A DNA stretch of 64,000 nucleotides from IMG/VR virus record IMGVR_UViG_3300016725_000002, positions 32,001-96,000 of that record; one strand, written 5' to 3'. Within the stretch, counting starts at the first letter, position 1, and each line of letters begins with the position of its first letter. Made by a program: the position numbers and the translations under genes. The notes under the pieces are model-generated. The model did no database searches, was not told the DNA's origin, and was given only the letters and a program-made list of their open reading frames with translations. Positions 1-9,767 of this stretch are shown here, piece by piece. Origin of the DNA: a virus (taxonomy: Duplodnaviria > Caudoviricetes).

Positions 1-811
1 TATTCTTTGGTAATGTAATATTATCAGAATAATAAAATTCAGATATTATATCAGTATTAGACAATTTCATTAAAGATTTAACTTTTTTATTTATTATAAC
101 CATATAATTAGCGTTTAAATTACGGATATTATAGTTTTTAACATTTAAACTATTAAGAAATAATACAACCATATCTACATATTTTGGATTAATTGGTTGA
201 TTGCTATTACCTCGAATTTGTGTGATATTTTTATTACGATATTCAACTGTAACTAAAGGTTTAGTATTATGACGTAAACTATAAATCTTACATTTATTAG
301 ATGCAACATCTTCATAATAACCACCTACACAGTGATTCATTAATTTACCTTCACGCTTTAATGAGCGTCTACCTGTAATCTCTACCCAAGTATATTCTCC
401 AATTATCATAATTTCAGTTATGCCATCTTCTTCATCTTTAGCGTTTTTAAATGAGTGTTCCCATTCAGATAATTTCTTTACAAATTGGTCAAAAGACATA
501 CGAGTTAAATCTTTTGTTGATGAAAGCGTATTAAGAAAGTCAGCGTAATGAAGAAGTTCATCCAATTTTATATCAGATAATATTAATACTTCTTTGCCTT
601 GATTGATATTATCATTAACCCATTTAGGGTATACTGATGAAGTCTTTCTAATTGGAGATGCATCATAATAGCCAATAATAAAACGTCTAAATACTGTATC
701 TACCCAATGTTTAGCATTTTGATTTGTGCAAGCATCTTTAAATTGTGCTAATTTCTGTTGAAAAGAATTAGGAATATAAACATTTCGTGAAACTATTTCA
801 ATATACTTCAT
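1..811 (-). CDS. PcfJ-like domain protein (runs off the window edge); paralog of 49217..50782 and 63261..63584
   Basis: Not in the ORF track; hand translation from ATG at 811 gives MKYIEIVSRNVYIPNSF and an in-frame RSLKREGKLMNHCVGGY, matching SLKREGELMGHCVGGY in 49217..50782. Confidence 0.8.
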   Translation of the reverse strand, partial: MKYIEIVSRNVYIPNSFQQKLAQFKDACTNQNAKHWVDTVFRRFIIGYYDASPIRKTSSVYPKWVNDNINQGKEVLILSDIKLDELLHYADFLNTLSSTKDLTRMSFDQFVKKLSEWEHSFKNAKDEEDGITEIMIIGEYTWVEITGRRSLKREGKLMNHCVGGYYEDVASNKCKIYSLRHNTKPLVTVEYRNKNITQIRGNSNQPINPKYVDMVVLFLNSLNVKNYNIRNLNANYMVIINKKVKSLMKLSNTDIISEFYYSDNITLPKN

Positions 812-1166
812 CTGACTCATAACAATAAGCTACGGGATGTTTAGTTCTATCATTTCCTTTTAAACACCTACAAGTTTGTAATATTTTTTCATCAAAATTT
901 TTGATAGTTCCATGACCTTTAGCTATGCTATTTATGTAATGTTGTGCTTCTTCAAAAGAACTACAAATTTTTGCATTACACTTTACAAAAATAGGTGAAT
1001 GAATCCTAGACGAACATTTACAAGTTCTGCCCATATTTCCATCTATATCTAAAATAGTTCCATGTCCACCATGATTATCTTTTAAATACTGAATGCATTG
1101 AGAAAAAGTATTAAAAACTGGAATATCACTAACTGAAGTGTCTGAAGAAATCAGAGTGTATTTCAT
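798..1166 (-). CDS. Hypothetical protein with an internal tandem duplication (GHGTI...TCxC twice)
   Basis: 122 aa ORF with AAGGA RBS; two similar ~45-aa halves. Confidence 0.7.
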   Translation of the reverse strand: MKYTLISSDTSVSDIPVFNTFSQCIQYLKDNHGGHGTILDIDGNMGRTCKCSSRIHSPIFVKCNAKICSSFEEAQHYINSIAKGHGTIKNFDEKILQTCRCLKGNDRTKHPVAYCYESDEVY

Positions 1167-1182
1167 TGTTGGTTTCCTTATT

Positions 1183-1220
1183 AAAAAAGGCTAGTGGAAA
1201 AATATCCACTAGCCTTTTTT
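1183..1220. terminator. Rho-independent terminator (symmetrical) closing the radical SAM operon
   Basis: aaaaaaggctagtgga-aaaata-tccactagcctttttt: perfect stem with A/T tracts on both sides. Confidence 0.85.
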
Positions 1221-1228
1221 AAACTAGA

Positions 1229-2059
1229 CTATTTAAATTGAGTCTGAAAAGTTGTAAATAATGTATTAGCTGCATCAATAGTTGTAGTAGCATCCAAATT
1301 AGTTAAGAAAGTCTTATATAATGAATAATATTTATTATATATTGATAATTTATCTAATGCTTCTAAATACAAAGAAAGAGTATCTAACAAAGCAGCATCA
1401 TTTTTATTAACTATTTCTAAGTATTTATCTTCCCTATTTTCTTCAGTAACAATGAAACCTGCGGCAGCAAGCTTATTGTTATTTATTACGAAATCAAAAA
1501 AGTAATAAGACATAGAATCATCTAGTCTAGTTTTTGTTAACTCAAGAGCTTTATTCTTTAAATATACTTTTAATACCTGCAAATCTGTTAAATTTTCATC
1601 ACTAATAATAAGAATATCATCCTGTGATAATATAGCGGATCCGCTATCTTTTAAGGTAACTTTACTAACTGCCATCTCCATATCTTTAGTAGATAAATAA
1701 TCGAACATTGCTTTAGTTACCATAACAAATAAATTAGGGTTCCAAGTTTCGATACTTGATACAGATCTAACGCCAATAATATATCTAACTGAATTTCTAT
1801 CGCTAATAGGAGCTAAATAAATTGTATATAATGTATTTGCACCATCCACAGTATATGTATAATCTGTCACATTTTCAAGTATCTTTGAAGTATCAGTAAC
1901 TTCAACCTTACCGGAAATTATTAAATCTGTAAGAACACAATAAATAGACTTAGTAACTTCAATGTCATTTTTACCTAAAGTATATGTATCTTCTTTAGTT
2001 GAAAGAGATTCAATTATATTTTTAGAATCAGTTGTCGCGTAAGTAGCAATGTATTTCAT
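1229..2059 (-). CDS. rSAM-cluster-associated protein; C-terminal half similar to 40348..40929
   Basis: 276 aa, GGAG RBS; shared pattern K.KA......R......F(F/Y)D(F/Y)...L.L(Y/F)(L/I)(E/D)A...Y..Y..F. Confidence 0.7.
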   Translation of the reverse strand: MKYIATYATTDSKNIIESLSTKEDTYTLGKNDIEVTKSIYCVLTDLIISGKVEVTDTSKILENVTDYTYTVDGANTLYTIYLAPISDRNSVRYIIGVRSVSSIETWNPNLFVMVTKAMFDYLSTKDMEMAVSKVTLKDSGSAILSQDDILIISDENLTDLQVLKVYLKNKALELTKTRLDDSMSYYFFDFVINNNKLAAAGFIVTEENREDKYLEIVNKNDAALLDTLSLYLEALDKLSIYNKYYSLYKTFLTNLDATTTIDAANTLFTTFQTQFK

Positions 2060-2071
2060 GGTTTGTTCTCC

Positions 2072-3142
2072 TTAGTTCTGGTTTAATTTGTGTTGTAAAA
2101 AATGATTAACTTGTTTAGAATACTTTAGGTAAAAGTTAGAAGCATATTCATAACAAATTTTGTATAATTCACAAATACAATTAATAGGTTTACTCTCTTT
2201 AAAGTTTCCATATTCAAGTTGTGAATAGTTGCAGCCCATATTACATTCAAGTTTTATTGAACATGTTGCACAATGTTTATTATAAACTGGATGAAACATA
2301 CTAGATATTTTCTCAATTAATGAACCGTTGATTTTTTGTTCTTTATAGTTACCTAGTTTAAATACATTATTAGAAGCAAATCTAGCACAAGGAAAAATAT
2401 CTCCATTCTCTTGAATACTTACTCCATGAGTACCAGAAAAACAAGTGAATGGACGTTTACCTTTAGTATTACCCATAATGCAATCTAATAAATATAATGA
2501 ATATATACCGGGAATGGGTACGTTGCCAGTTTTATCTACATACTTTTCAATAATTTCATTTATAATATCTAACTGCTGTTTAAATATTAAAATATCTCCA
2601 AATTGCCAAATATTATCTCTTACTAATGAAAAATCAGGATATAATATTCCTTTTTCTAGGAAGAACTCAAAATTTTTACTAAATGATGAAATGTTGAGTG
2701 GAGAAAGCATACACTTAACTCCACGCATTTTCATTGTTTCTAATAATGAAAGAGGAAATACATCAATTGTTTTATTTACTCTTGTATTAGCATAAGGTCC
2801 ATCATAACTAATACCATATGAAATATTTAACTCGTCCAATTCCTGTATATATTTAGGAAGTAAATAACCATTAGTTTGAACATGATGTGGAAAAGATGGA
2901 GTATATTTTGTTATACTTTTAATTACCTTCATATTCAAAAGTGGTTCTCCTCCAAAGAAAGCAATTTCTGTTTCCTTTGAAAAAGAATTATATTTTCCAA
3001 GTTCAGCGCGTATTTCAGGTAAATAATTTAATGCTTGTTTAAAGCTTTTTAAAGTTAAAGATTTGGTTTTAGTTTGATTTATATAGCAGTAAGTACAATT
3101 TAAGTTACAGGCATTTGTAACTATTGTTTCTAACTGAAACAT
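2072..3142 (-). CDS. Radical SAM/SPASM domain protein (peptide-maturase-like)
   Basis: CNLNCTYC, FFGGEPLL, QTNG; SPASM-type cysteines CFSG...FPCARF...CATCSIKLECNMGC...CIC. Confidence 0.92.
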   Translation of the reverse strand: MFQLETIVTNACNLNCTYCYINQTKTKSLTLKSFKQALNYLPEIRAELGKYNSFSKETEIAFFGGEPLLNMKVIKSITKYTPSFPHHVQTNGYLLPKYIQELDELNISYGISYDGPYANTRVNKTIDVFPLSLLETMKMRGVKCMLSPLNISSFSKNFEFFLEKGILYPDFSLVRDNIWQFGDILIFKQQLDIINEIIEKYVDKTGNVPIPGIYSLYLLDCIMGNTKGKRPFTCFSGTHGVSIQENGDIFPCARFASNNVFKLGNYKEQKINGSLIEKISSMFHPVYNKHCATCSIKLECNMGCNYSQLEYGNFKESKPINCICELYKICYEYASNFYLKYSKQVNHFLQHKLNQN

Positions 3143-3441
3143 TACTTTTTAAGTTTTTCTTGAACATTCTTGATAATTGAATCAACGGATTCAGCAACAT
3201 CTTCGGGGATTTCAACATTGTCATCACCAAATTTTGCAGCCTGGGCTTCATTAAAAGCATTGACATAATCTGCATTTCGGGAAAGCATTAAATTAAGTAC
3301 ACCAGCCATAGCGGCACTACCAAAAGAATCATAGTTGCTTAATTCCTGAATATTTTTACCAAGATTTTCAATCAATTTATTAAATTTCTTAGTAGCTAAA
3401 ATACGTTCTTTTTCTTCTATTGAAACAATCTTCTTTTCCAT
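3142..3441 (-). CDS. Hypothetical protein
   Basis: 99 aa ORF, GGAG RBS, coupled to the downstream rSAM gene. Confidence 0.65.
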   Translation of the reverse strand: MEKKIVSIEEKERILATKKFNKLIENLGKNIQELSNYDSFGSAAMAGVLNLMLSRNADYVNAFNEAQAAKFGDDNVEIPEDVAESVDSIIKNVQEKLKK

Positions 3442-3452
3442 TTGCGTTCTCC

Positions 3453-4277
3453 TTAGAAATGGTCGAATAATTTTAAAGTAACCATATCTTCAACGACATT
3501 CTCACTGCCAGGTATACCGTAATTTTTCTTAGTAAATAGAGATCTATTGCATTTTTTACATATTGCACACGCATGCTCACATATTGAGATACGATAGCAT
3601 TTATATAAATATAAACTGGTTTTAGTTAATTGTTGTTTAACTTTTGACAGTTCTTCTCTTCCAATTTCATCCATTAAACCTTGATAATCATAGTTAACTC
3701 TAATCTTCTTTTTATTATTATGTATTAGATTCTTATCTTTATTAGGATAAAATAGTTCTAACATTGTTACTATTTCTTCTAAAGAAGTTTTAACTGTTTT
3801 GGTTGTAATTGTAAAACTCAAACCGAATGGTATATCTAATGAGTTAAGCAAATTTAAGTTATCTTGAACTATTGTAGAATTTGGAGTACGAACATTTTGA
3901 TATGAACCATCATAACTAACATCTAACGATACATGAACTGAATTACTAGTTAATATTTTCTTTAAATTAGAAAGATTCTTTTTAATTAGTGTTCCATTGG
4001 AAATGATGTTTATTGCAATATTCTTTCCAAGAGTTTGTGCAGTTTTTTCACAAAAATTATAAATATACATTATCTTTTTCATTTCCAATAAAGGTTCACC
4101 ACCCATTAAACATAATGTACTATTATTTGATTTCTCAACTTCTATAAGAGTATTTAAATACTTATCAATTTCTTCATAGTTAATGATACGTTTTTCACGT
4201 TCTTTACCTTGTTGCTCATAACAATAAGGACAATGAAGATTACATTGATTAGTTAAATAAAGTACATTAACATTCAT
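3453..4277 (-). CDS. Radical SAM protein
   Basis: CNLHCPYCYE, MGGEPLL, ISNGT, SYDG; C-terminal CEHACAICKKC. Confidence 0.9.
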   Translation of the reverse strand: MNVNVLYLTNQCNLHCPYCYEQQGKEREKRIINYEEIDKYLNTLIEVEKSNNSTLCLMGGEPLLEMKKIMYIYNFCEKTAQTLGKNIAINIISNGTLIKKNLSNLKKILTSNSVHVSLDVSYDGSYQNVRTPNSTIVQDNLNLLNSLDIPFGLSFTITTKTVKTSLEEIVTMLELFYPNKDKNLIHNNKKKIRVNYDYQGLMDEIGREELSKVKQQLTKTSLYLYKCYRISICEHACAICKKCNRSLFTKKNYGIPGSENVVEDMVTLKLFDHF

Positions 4278-4596
4278 TCTTATGCTCTAATGAATGTAAT
4301 CTTAAACTTAATGCTTGAATAGATAATTGTTGAAATTTTATTAAATCTACAAGTATAGGAATTAATTGCGTTGAGTCAATAAAATATTCAGATGAAGTTA
4401 GCTGTTTTAACATTTTAAATGATGAAAATTCATGTTCAAATTCCTTTAAATCAAATGTAATTGTTTTCTGCCCAAACTGATCTACATGTAATACACTAGA
4501 TAAATTTAACACTTTATTCATTAATTCTGTTATTTGAAGTTTATCATTAATTTCTTTTAATTTTTGTAAATTATTTAAATCTGATAACTTATCCAT
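4267..4596 (-). CDS. Small protein resembling the C-terminal part of a tail-fibre intramolecular chaperone (peptidase S74-like)
   Basis: IDSTQLIPILVDLIKFQQLSIQALSLRLHSLE resembles the S74 chaperone end motif plus coiled coil. Confidence 0.5.
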   Translation of the reverse strand: MDKLSDLNNLQKLKEINDKLQITELMNKVLNLSSVLHVDQFGQKTITFDLKEFEHEFSSFKMLKQLTSSEYFIDSTQLIPILVDLIKFQQLSIQALSLRLHSLEHKNEC

Positions 4597-5404
4597 CTTT
4601 ACCTCCTAAAATACGAATGATTTCATCATTTGAATCTAAGTATCTATTAGTTAGTTTATTAACTACTAGATCACTAAATCTATAATATGAACCATCTTTT
4701 ACCTTAGCATTATTAATATAATTAATACGCTTCTTATAGAAGTAACATTCATGAAATAACCGTGGATGTGGATCAAAGTATGCGGAATGATAATATACAT
4801 ATTCATCAAATTGTTCAAATAGATTATTTACATGTTGTTCCTGTTTAACAAAATAGGGTTTATTAAAACTAGCTGCATAATTATTTGCATTTAAGTTATC
4901 AATATCACCGGGACAATTTAAGTATAAAGCTTCTTTAACATTAGATAATGGTTTAAAAAATTCAAATGCAAACTTCATTATATACTTTTCATCACAGTAT
5001 GCAAATGGCATTTCAGTAAAATATGTTACATTGTATTTACTTTTATCTAACATAACATGTGTAGAATCAGTTAACTCTGTAACTATTGTTATATGTTTCG
5101 CTCTTAATAAACCATGGATGTGTGTAATAGTTCCCCAATCTAATATTACAACTTCATCAAACTCTTGTTTTATTAGTTCAATCTTTGGTACTATTTTTAT
5201 TTTATCACTTAGATCATATGGATAGTTATAACGGTTATTAATCAAATATAATAAATGTTGCTTATAATCTTGTATACTATAATGAGGAATATCTAGTAAG
5301 ACTAAGTAAACAGGAGAAGTTAAATTAGCTACCATGAAATATTCTAAAGCATCAATAACACTACCTGTTACTTTATTATGGGTCATTTGAAAGATTACGT
5401 TCAT
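4589..5404 (-). CDS. Putative glycosyltransferase-like (GT-B) protein
   Basis: FDEYVYY...FDPHPRLFHECYFYKKRINY parallels IDPFPNALLEALQCGKQII of 39477..40364. Confidence 0.45.
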   Translation of the reverse strand: MNVIFQMTHNKVTGSVIDALEYFMVANLTSPVYLVLLDIPHYSIQDYKQHLLYLINNRYNYPYDLSDKIKIVPKIELIKQEFDEVVILDWGTITHIHGLLRAKHITIVTELTDSTHVMLDKSKYNVTYFTEMPFAYCDEKYIMKFAFEFFKPLSNVKEALYLNCPGDIDNLNANNYAASFNKPYFVKQEQHVNNLFEQFDEYVYYHSAYFDPHPRLFHECYFYKKRINYINNAKVKDGSYYRFSDLVVNKLTNRYLDSNDEIIRILGGKDG

Positions 5405-5604
5405 TTCTTTTTATCTAAATATTCCTGATATTCTTGTTTAAATGTAGATAATAAACATCGCCTCGCTATTTCTGCATGAGTTATATTTTTATCAGATTGC
5501 TCACTTTCATCAAGTGCTTTACGTCTTAAAAATGTAATAAAGGTTTTCGGTAGTTTTAAATTATATGTAGCTGTATCTTGTAAGTAACTATCATATTTAC
5601 CCAT
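5401..5604 (-). CDS. Ribbon-helix-helix-like DNA-binding protein
   Basis: 67 aa; TYNLKLP strand, helix, then ITHAEIARRCL helix. Confidence 0.5.
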   Translation of the reverse strand: MGKYDSYLQDTATYNLKLPKTFITFLRRKALDESEQSDKNITHAEIARRCLLSTFKQEYQEYLDKKK

Positions 5605-5615
5605 GTTTCTTCTCC

Positions 5616-6530
5616 TCAGATATTGAGTATTTTACAATAGAATGAATAGTTTTGACCTGAGTATAAATCCATAAATACATTAGAACTAATACAATTCAAA
5701 CACATTTCAGTATCAGTATTAGGAAAGATATTTGTATTTTGAAGAATATTTTTAAGATTAACTTCTGTTAATTCAATTTTACTACTTTGCATTGAAACAC
5801 AACATCTATGAATTGAATTAGTGGGAATATTAATCATTGTCTTTGTCATAATCTGTTGGCACTTTAATTGTAAGTTATTTACAAACTGTTTTTTATTTAA
5901 AAGTTTAATTATAAATTTAAGCCTTAACTTGATAAAATCAAACACATTGTTCCTATCTTTAATTATATTATATATTGTTATAAAATCTTGTTCATTCATA
6001 AAGTTAAGATCAGTCCTTCTAGGTTGAAGGAAATGAGGCAAGAACATACAATTGGGATTGTTATCCAACAATGTGGCAAATTGTTGGATATTTTGTTTAT
6101 GTACAACAACGGTATATTGAATAGGAATACTAGTATCATTGTAATATTCAAAAGATTTATTCTCAATTTCAGGCATAACATGATAAAGTATATATCGTAT
6201 TTTATCTTCATATTGTTTATGAAATCCATTCTTCATGAACAAACCATTAGTAGTAATACTATATTTATCAGATACATTTGAGTTAAAGATTAAGTCTAAT
6301 ATATTTGAATCAATTAATCCTATTTCACCACCTTCCAATAAAATTTCAGTATTTTTACGATATTCTTGTAAGTTATTTAACATTGTTATTACAGAAAGTA
6401 ATTGCTCTTCAGTACAAGTAACAGGATTAACAATTGAAGGATGATCGCAGTAAGTACAACGCCATTGGCATTTTTGGGTTAAAGATATCCAAAGGTAATT
6501 ACTAAATGAAAAACAATTGGAATAATCCAT
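5616..6530 (-). CDS. Radical SAM protein, short family with C-terminal Cys (twitch-like) domain; close paralog of 17453..18412
   Basis: WISLTQKCQWRCTYCDHP, EGGEIGL, TTNG; C...HRCC...CLNC. Confidence 0.9.
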   Translation of the reverse strand: MDYSNCFSFSNYLWISLTQKCQWRCTYCDHPSIVNPVTCTEEQLLSVITMLNNLQEYRKNTEILLEGGEIGLIDSNILDLIFNSNVSDKYSITTNGLFMKNGFHKQYEDKIRYILYHVMPEIENKSFEYYNDTSIPIQYTVVVHKQNIQQFATLLDNNPNCMFLPHFLQPRRTDLNFMNEQDFITIYNIIKDRNNVFDFIKLRLKFIIKLLNKKQFVNNLQLKCQQIMTKTMINIPTNSIHRCCVSMQSSKIELTEVNLKNILQNTNIFPNTDTEMCLNCISSNVFMDLYSGQNYSFYCKILNI

Positions 6531-7322
6531 TTAACCTCCAAATAACTGCTTTAATTTTAATCGTTGCTGCAAATATTGAGAATGCAATGCGTATAATCCA
6601 AAACAATTTCTAAAACAATAAGAACAATTTTCAGTATTCTTAGCAAATATACTAGTTGTTAATACTGCTACTAGATTTTCATAAGTTAATGGAATTTGAA
6701 TGTAAGAATTATAACAACTACACATTGCAATTGTATGTCTAGTTAAATTAATTGTTATATATGGTGTATAATTTCTACATACCATTCTATCTTTTTCAAT
6801 TATAGAAATATCTGGTTTAACCAGATTGGGATAAGGCAAGTCAAGCATTGAATAATCAAACTGTTTTGTTAATGGATCGCCTTCAAGATATATTGCATCA
6901 TATACTTCTGAAGTATATCTATTTGAATCTTGAATACTAGAAAATATTGTCCATATCTTAGCCTTTCCTGCATATTGTTTAGCTAAATATTCATCTTCTG
7001 GTATTGCAATATGTAATGAAGTTGGTAAATCAATAGAATATTTTAATATATCACCAGTTGTGGATAACATAGATATAGGTAATTTATCAAGAATATATTG
7101 TAATTTGTTTTCAGTACATAATCCAGGTTCACCAATACCGCCGAGTATAAATTCATGAGGAATATTTAATTTATCGTGTATTGTTAATAACAGTTGAATT
7201 GATTCATCTAATTTATTATCTAATTCGATTTGTCGTCTATCATCATAATTAGGTAAATTACAGTAGTCACAAAAACAGAATTTATTACACTTCTCACATA
7301 TAGTTATTTCAAATGTAATCAT
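6531..7322 (-). CDS. Divergent radical SAM protein, short family, atypical Cys motif
   Basis: CEKCNKFCFCDYC, GGIGEPGL; C-terminal C...CSC...CSYCFRNC. Confidence 0.75.
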   Translation of the reverse strand: MITFEITICEKCNKFCFCDYCNLPNYDDRRQIELDNKLDESIQLLLTIHDKLNIPHEFILGGIGEPGLCTENKLQYILDKLPISMLSTTGDILKYSIDLPTSLHIAIPEDEYLAKQYAGKAKIWTIFSSIQDSNRYTSEVYDAIYLEGDPLTKQFDYSMLDLPYPNLVKPDISIIEKDRMVCRNYTPYITINLTRHTIAMCSCYNSYIQIPLTYENLVAVLTTSIFAKNTENCSYCFRNCFGLYALHSQYLQQRLKLKQLFGG

Positions 7323-8191
7323 GCATCATCTCCATAATTGAGTTGATAATAATAATGACATCCTTCACAATACTTTGGTAATTCATCTAAATTGAATAAT
7401 TTATTTGTATATAAAGATATTAAGTTGTGCTGATTAATTTCTTGTGTAATACTTTTATTAAAGAGATTACCACATTGATATATAACTTTACGCTCTACAT
7501 CAATAGCACAAGTATAATAAGAATTAGCACATTGTAATCTTTGTTCATTATATTTTTGAGGATTTAAAATACAATCTAGCACTTCATTACACTTTAATTG
7601 ATACATATGATTTGGATACATATTAATAAAGGAACGTATATCCTGTACTAAATCAGTTACTTTTATTGAATCTACTTTATTATTAACTATTTTGAACTCT
7701 GAAAATGTACTTAGATAATTAGTTTCATCAGGATGATGTAATAAATATGCTAATATATTCTTGGTTAATATAACCAAATTACGCTGGTTCTTCACATAAT
7801 CCATATTATAAAACTTCAACAATTCTGTTTCAGTTGCATCATAAATTAGATGTTCGTTATACCAAAGTTTTGGTCTATCACATATAGTTATTCTTTTTCT
7901 AACTAATCCATTAGATAAGATTTGAAATCTAGTTACATTAGGATAGCTATAAACTAGATTCATTGCATCAACTAAATTGGTTGCTAACCCAGGCTCACCA
8001 CCTGAAAATTCAACAAACATAGGTATATGTAATTTAGCGTATGTTGTTAACACTTGTTCTATTAACTTAATATCAATTGTATAACTCTTATTATTTATAT
8101 GAACATTGTTTTCATATACTGGATAGTTACAATATGAACAATGCTGATTACAATTATGCGAAAGAATAAACTCAAGAAAGATTGGTTTCAT
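7319..8191 (-). CDS. Radical SAM protein, short family (start reassigned to MKPIFLEF)
   Basis: CNQHCSYC, SGGEPGL, LSNG; ATG at 8191 has an AAGGA RBS and avoids a long overlap. Confidence 0.88.
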   Translation of the reverse strand: MKPIFLEFILSHNCNQHCSYCNYPVYENNVHINNKSYTIDIKLIEQVLTTYAKLHIPMFVEFSGGEPGLATNLVDAMNLVYSYPNVTRFQILSNGLVRKRITICDRPKLWYNEHLIYDATETELLKFYNMDYVKNQRNLVILTKNILAYLLHHPDETNYLSTFSEFKIVNNKVDSIKVTDLVQDIRSFINMYPNHMYQLKCNEVLDCILNPQKYNEQRLQCANSYYTCAIDVERKVIYQCGNLFNKSITQEINQHNLISLYTNKLFNLDELPKYCEGCHYYYQLNYGDDA

Positions 8192-9767
8192 AATAGATTT
8201 CCTTAAATTTACTCCATACAGTTTGTTTATCTCCATATTTTTCATATAATGCAAATACAATATTAATTCTATTATCAAAACAAATAAGTTTATCAAAGTT
8301 CTTTATAAAACTAGTTCCATAGTTTTTCAATCTATTAAAGATGTTAACCATTCCAGATTTTTCTAAATATTGAAATAAATTATACTTTGTATCTAAAGTT
8401 ATCTGAAATTTTTCAGGGTTTCTATGAAATTCACAATCATAATATAGAATAAATAAATTATATATAATTGTATTAATAACATCTTCATTGAAGTTTTCTT
8501 GAATCCAAGTTAATGAATCTTCAAATTCTGTAACAGAAGCATAAGGCATATTGCCAATAAAATTAGTACAAATGAACATATTATGTTCATGTAGAATCAT
8601 AATTTTTTCTTGAATCTCTTTTAGTGTAATATATTTTTGAATATACTTAAGATGTTCATCATTAGCAGATTCAATACCAACATTAACTGCTTTTACACCT
8701 ATCTCCTGCATTAATGCTACTTTTTCTTCAGTAATATCTTTTAATCTAGCACCTACAAACAAGTTTAGTTTTAAATTATTTCTACTAATGAAATTTGCTA
8801 AAGGATCAAGTATTCTAAAATTAGACACACTTGGGTCTAATAACATACATGAATTGAAACCAACATCTGTAAATGATTTAAAACCCACTAATGATTTTTC
8901 AATATCTCCAACAGAGTGTTCAGTTGTTCCCTTAGCACTATTTGTACAAAAAGCACAAACTCCATTACAATAATGAGATTTACTTAAATTATAAATAAAG
9001 GTTTTTATATTTGTGTCAAAACCTACAATATGTTTTAAATTACAATCATATAAAGAGTCATTCATTTTTTCATTAAACGTATAATCTTGAAGTTCTGAAA
9101 CAAAGTTAACATCTAATTTTTGAAAATTAACATTAGTATCAAATTGATTTAGGTTCTTTCCTAATACTATTTTAAACTTTGAGAATTTATCTAATTCTTC
9201 TTTACATATATCTTCAAAAAACTCACCACCAATAAAGATATTAGTTGTTTTAGTATAAATAGTTTCAAGGATACTTTTATTATATGTAAGTATATTCATC
9301 CCAGCTTCTGATTGTTTAGAAATACTATAGTACACTTCACTATGCTCTTCAATTGTAGAGTCTATAATTGTATAAATATATTGCATCATTTCATCTACTT
9401 GTTCTTGACTGGAAAATGAATAACAATTCGTTTTATTAAGAATTAATGTATCTAAATCAAGTATAATATCAGGCTTAAAAAAGTTAGCTAAAATATAAAT
9501 GTTATAAGGAAATACTTTATCAATATAATTAGGTTTAAATATTTCAGTATTACGATTTACTAAATTAATTGCATCATCTCTATTTAAATCACTAAATATA
9601 AGACGGCGTTTAGTATAGAAATGAGCAGGTTCAATATTAATATTTATATCATTTTGTTCACCCTTAACTATTATTCGTTTATTTTGAGTATAAATAATCT
9701 TGTTATCAATTGTTAATGGGTATTTTCTAGCAAAGGCTGTTGTTAACCCATTAATTAAAATCTTCAT
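8172..9767 (-). CDS. Long radical SAM protein with B12-binding-like N-terminal region (class B-like)
   Basis: IFIGGE, CNGVCAFC, VGIESANDEHLKYIQK, NFIGNMP. Confidence 0.8.
   Translation of the reverse strand: MKILINGLTTAFARKYPLTIDNKIIYTQNKRIIVKGEQNDININIEPAHFYTKRRLIFSDLNRDDAINLVNRNTEIFKPNYIDKVFPYNIYILANFFKPDIILDLDTLILNKTNCYSFSSQEQVDEMMQYIYTIIDSTIEEHSEVYYSISKQSEAGMNILTYNKSILETIYTKTTNIFIGGEFFEDICKEELDKFSKFKIVLGKNLNQFDTNVNFQKLDVNFVSELQDYTFNEKMNDSLYDCNLKHIVGFDTNIKTFIYNLSKSHYCNGVCAFCTNSAKGTTEHSVGDIEKSLVGFKSFTDVGFNSCMLLDPSVSNFRILDPLANFISRNNLKLNLFVGARLKDITEEKVALMQEIGVKAVNVGIESANDEHLKYIQKYITLKEIQEKIMILHEHNMFICTNFIGNMPYASVTEFEDSLTWIQENFNEDVINTIIYNLFILYYDCEFHRNPEKFQITLDTKYNLFQYLEKSGMVNIFNRLKNYGTSFIKNFDKLICFDNRINIVFALYEKYGDKQTVWSKFKEIYYETNLS

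Noticed and set aside
8192-8296. N-terminal 35 aa of ORF 7319..8296
   Set aside because: It overlaps the upstream gene by over 100 nt; the ATG at 8191 has an RBS and matches paralog starts
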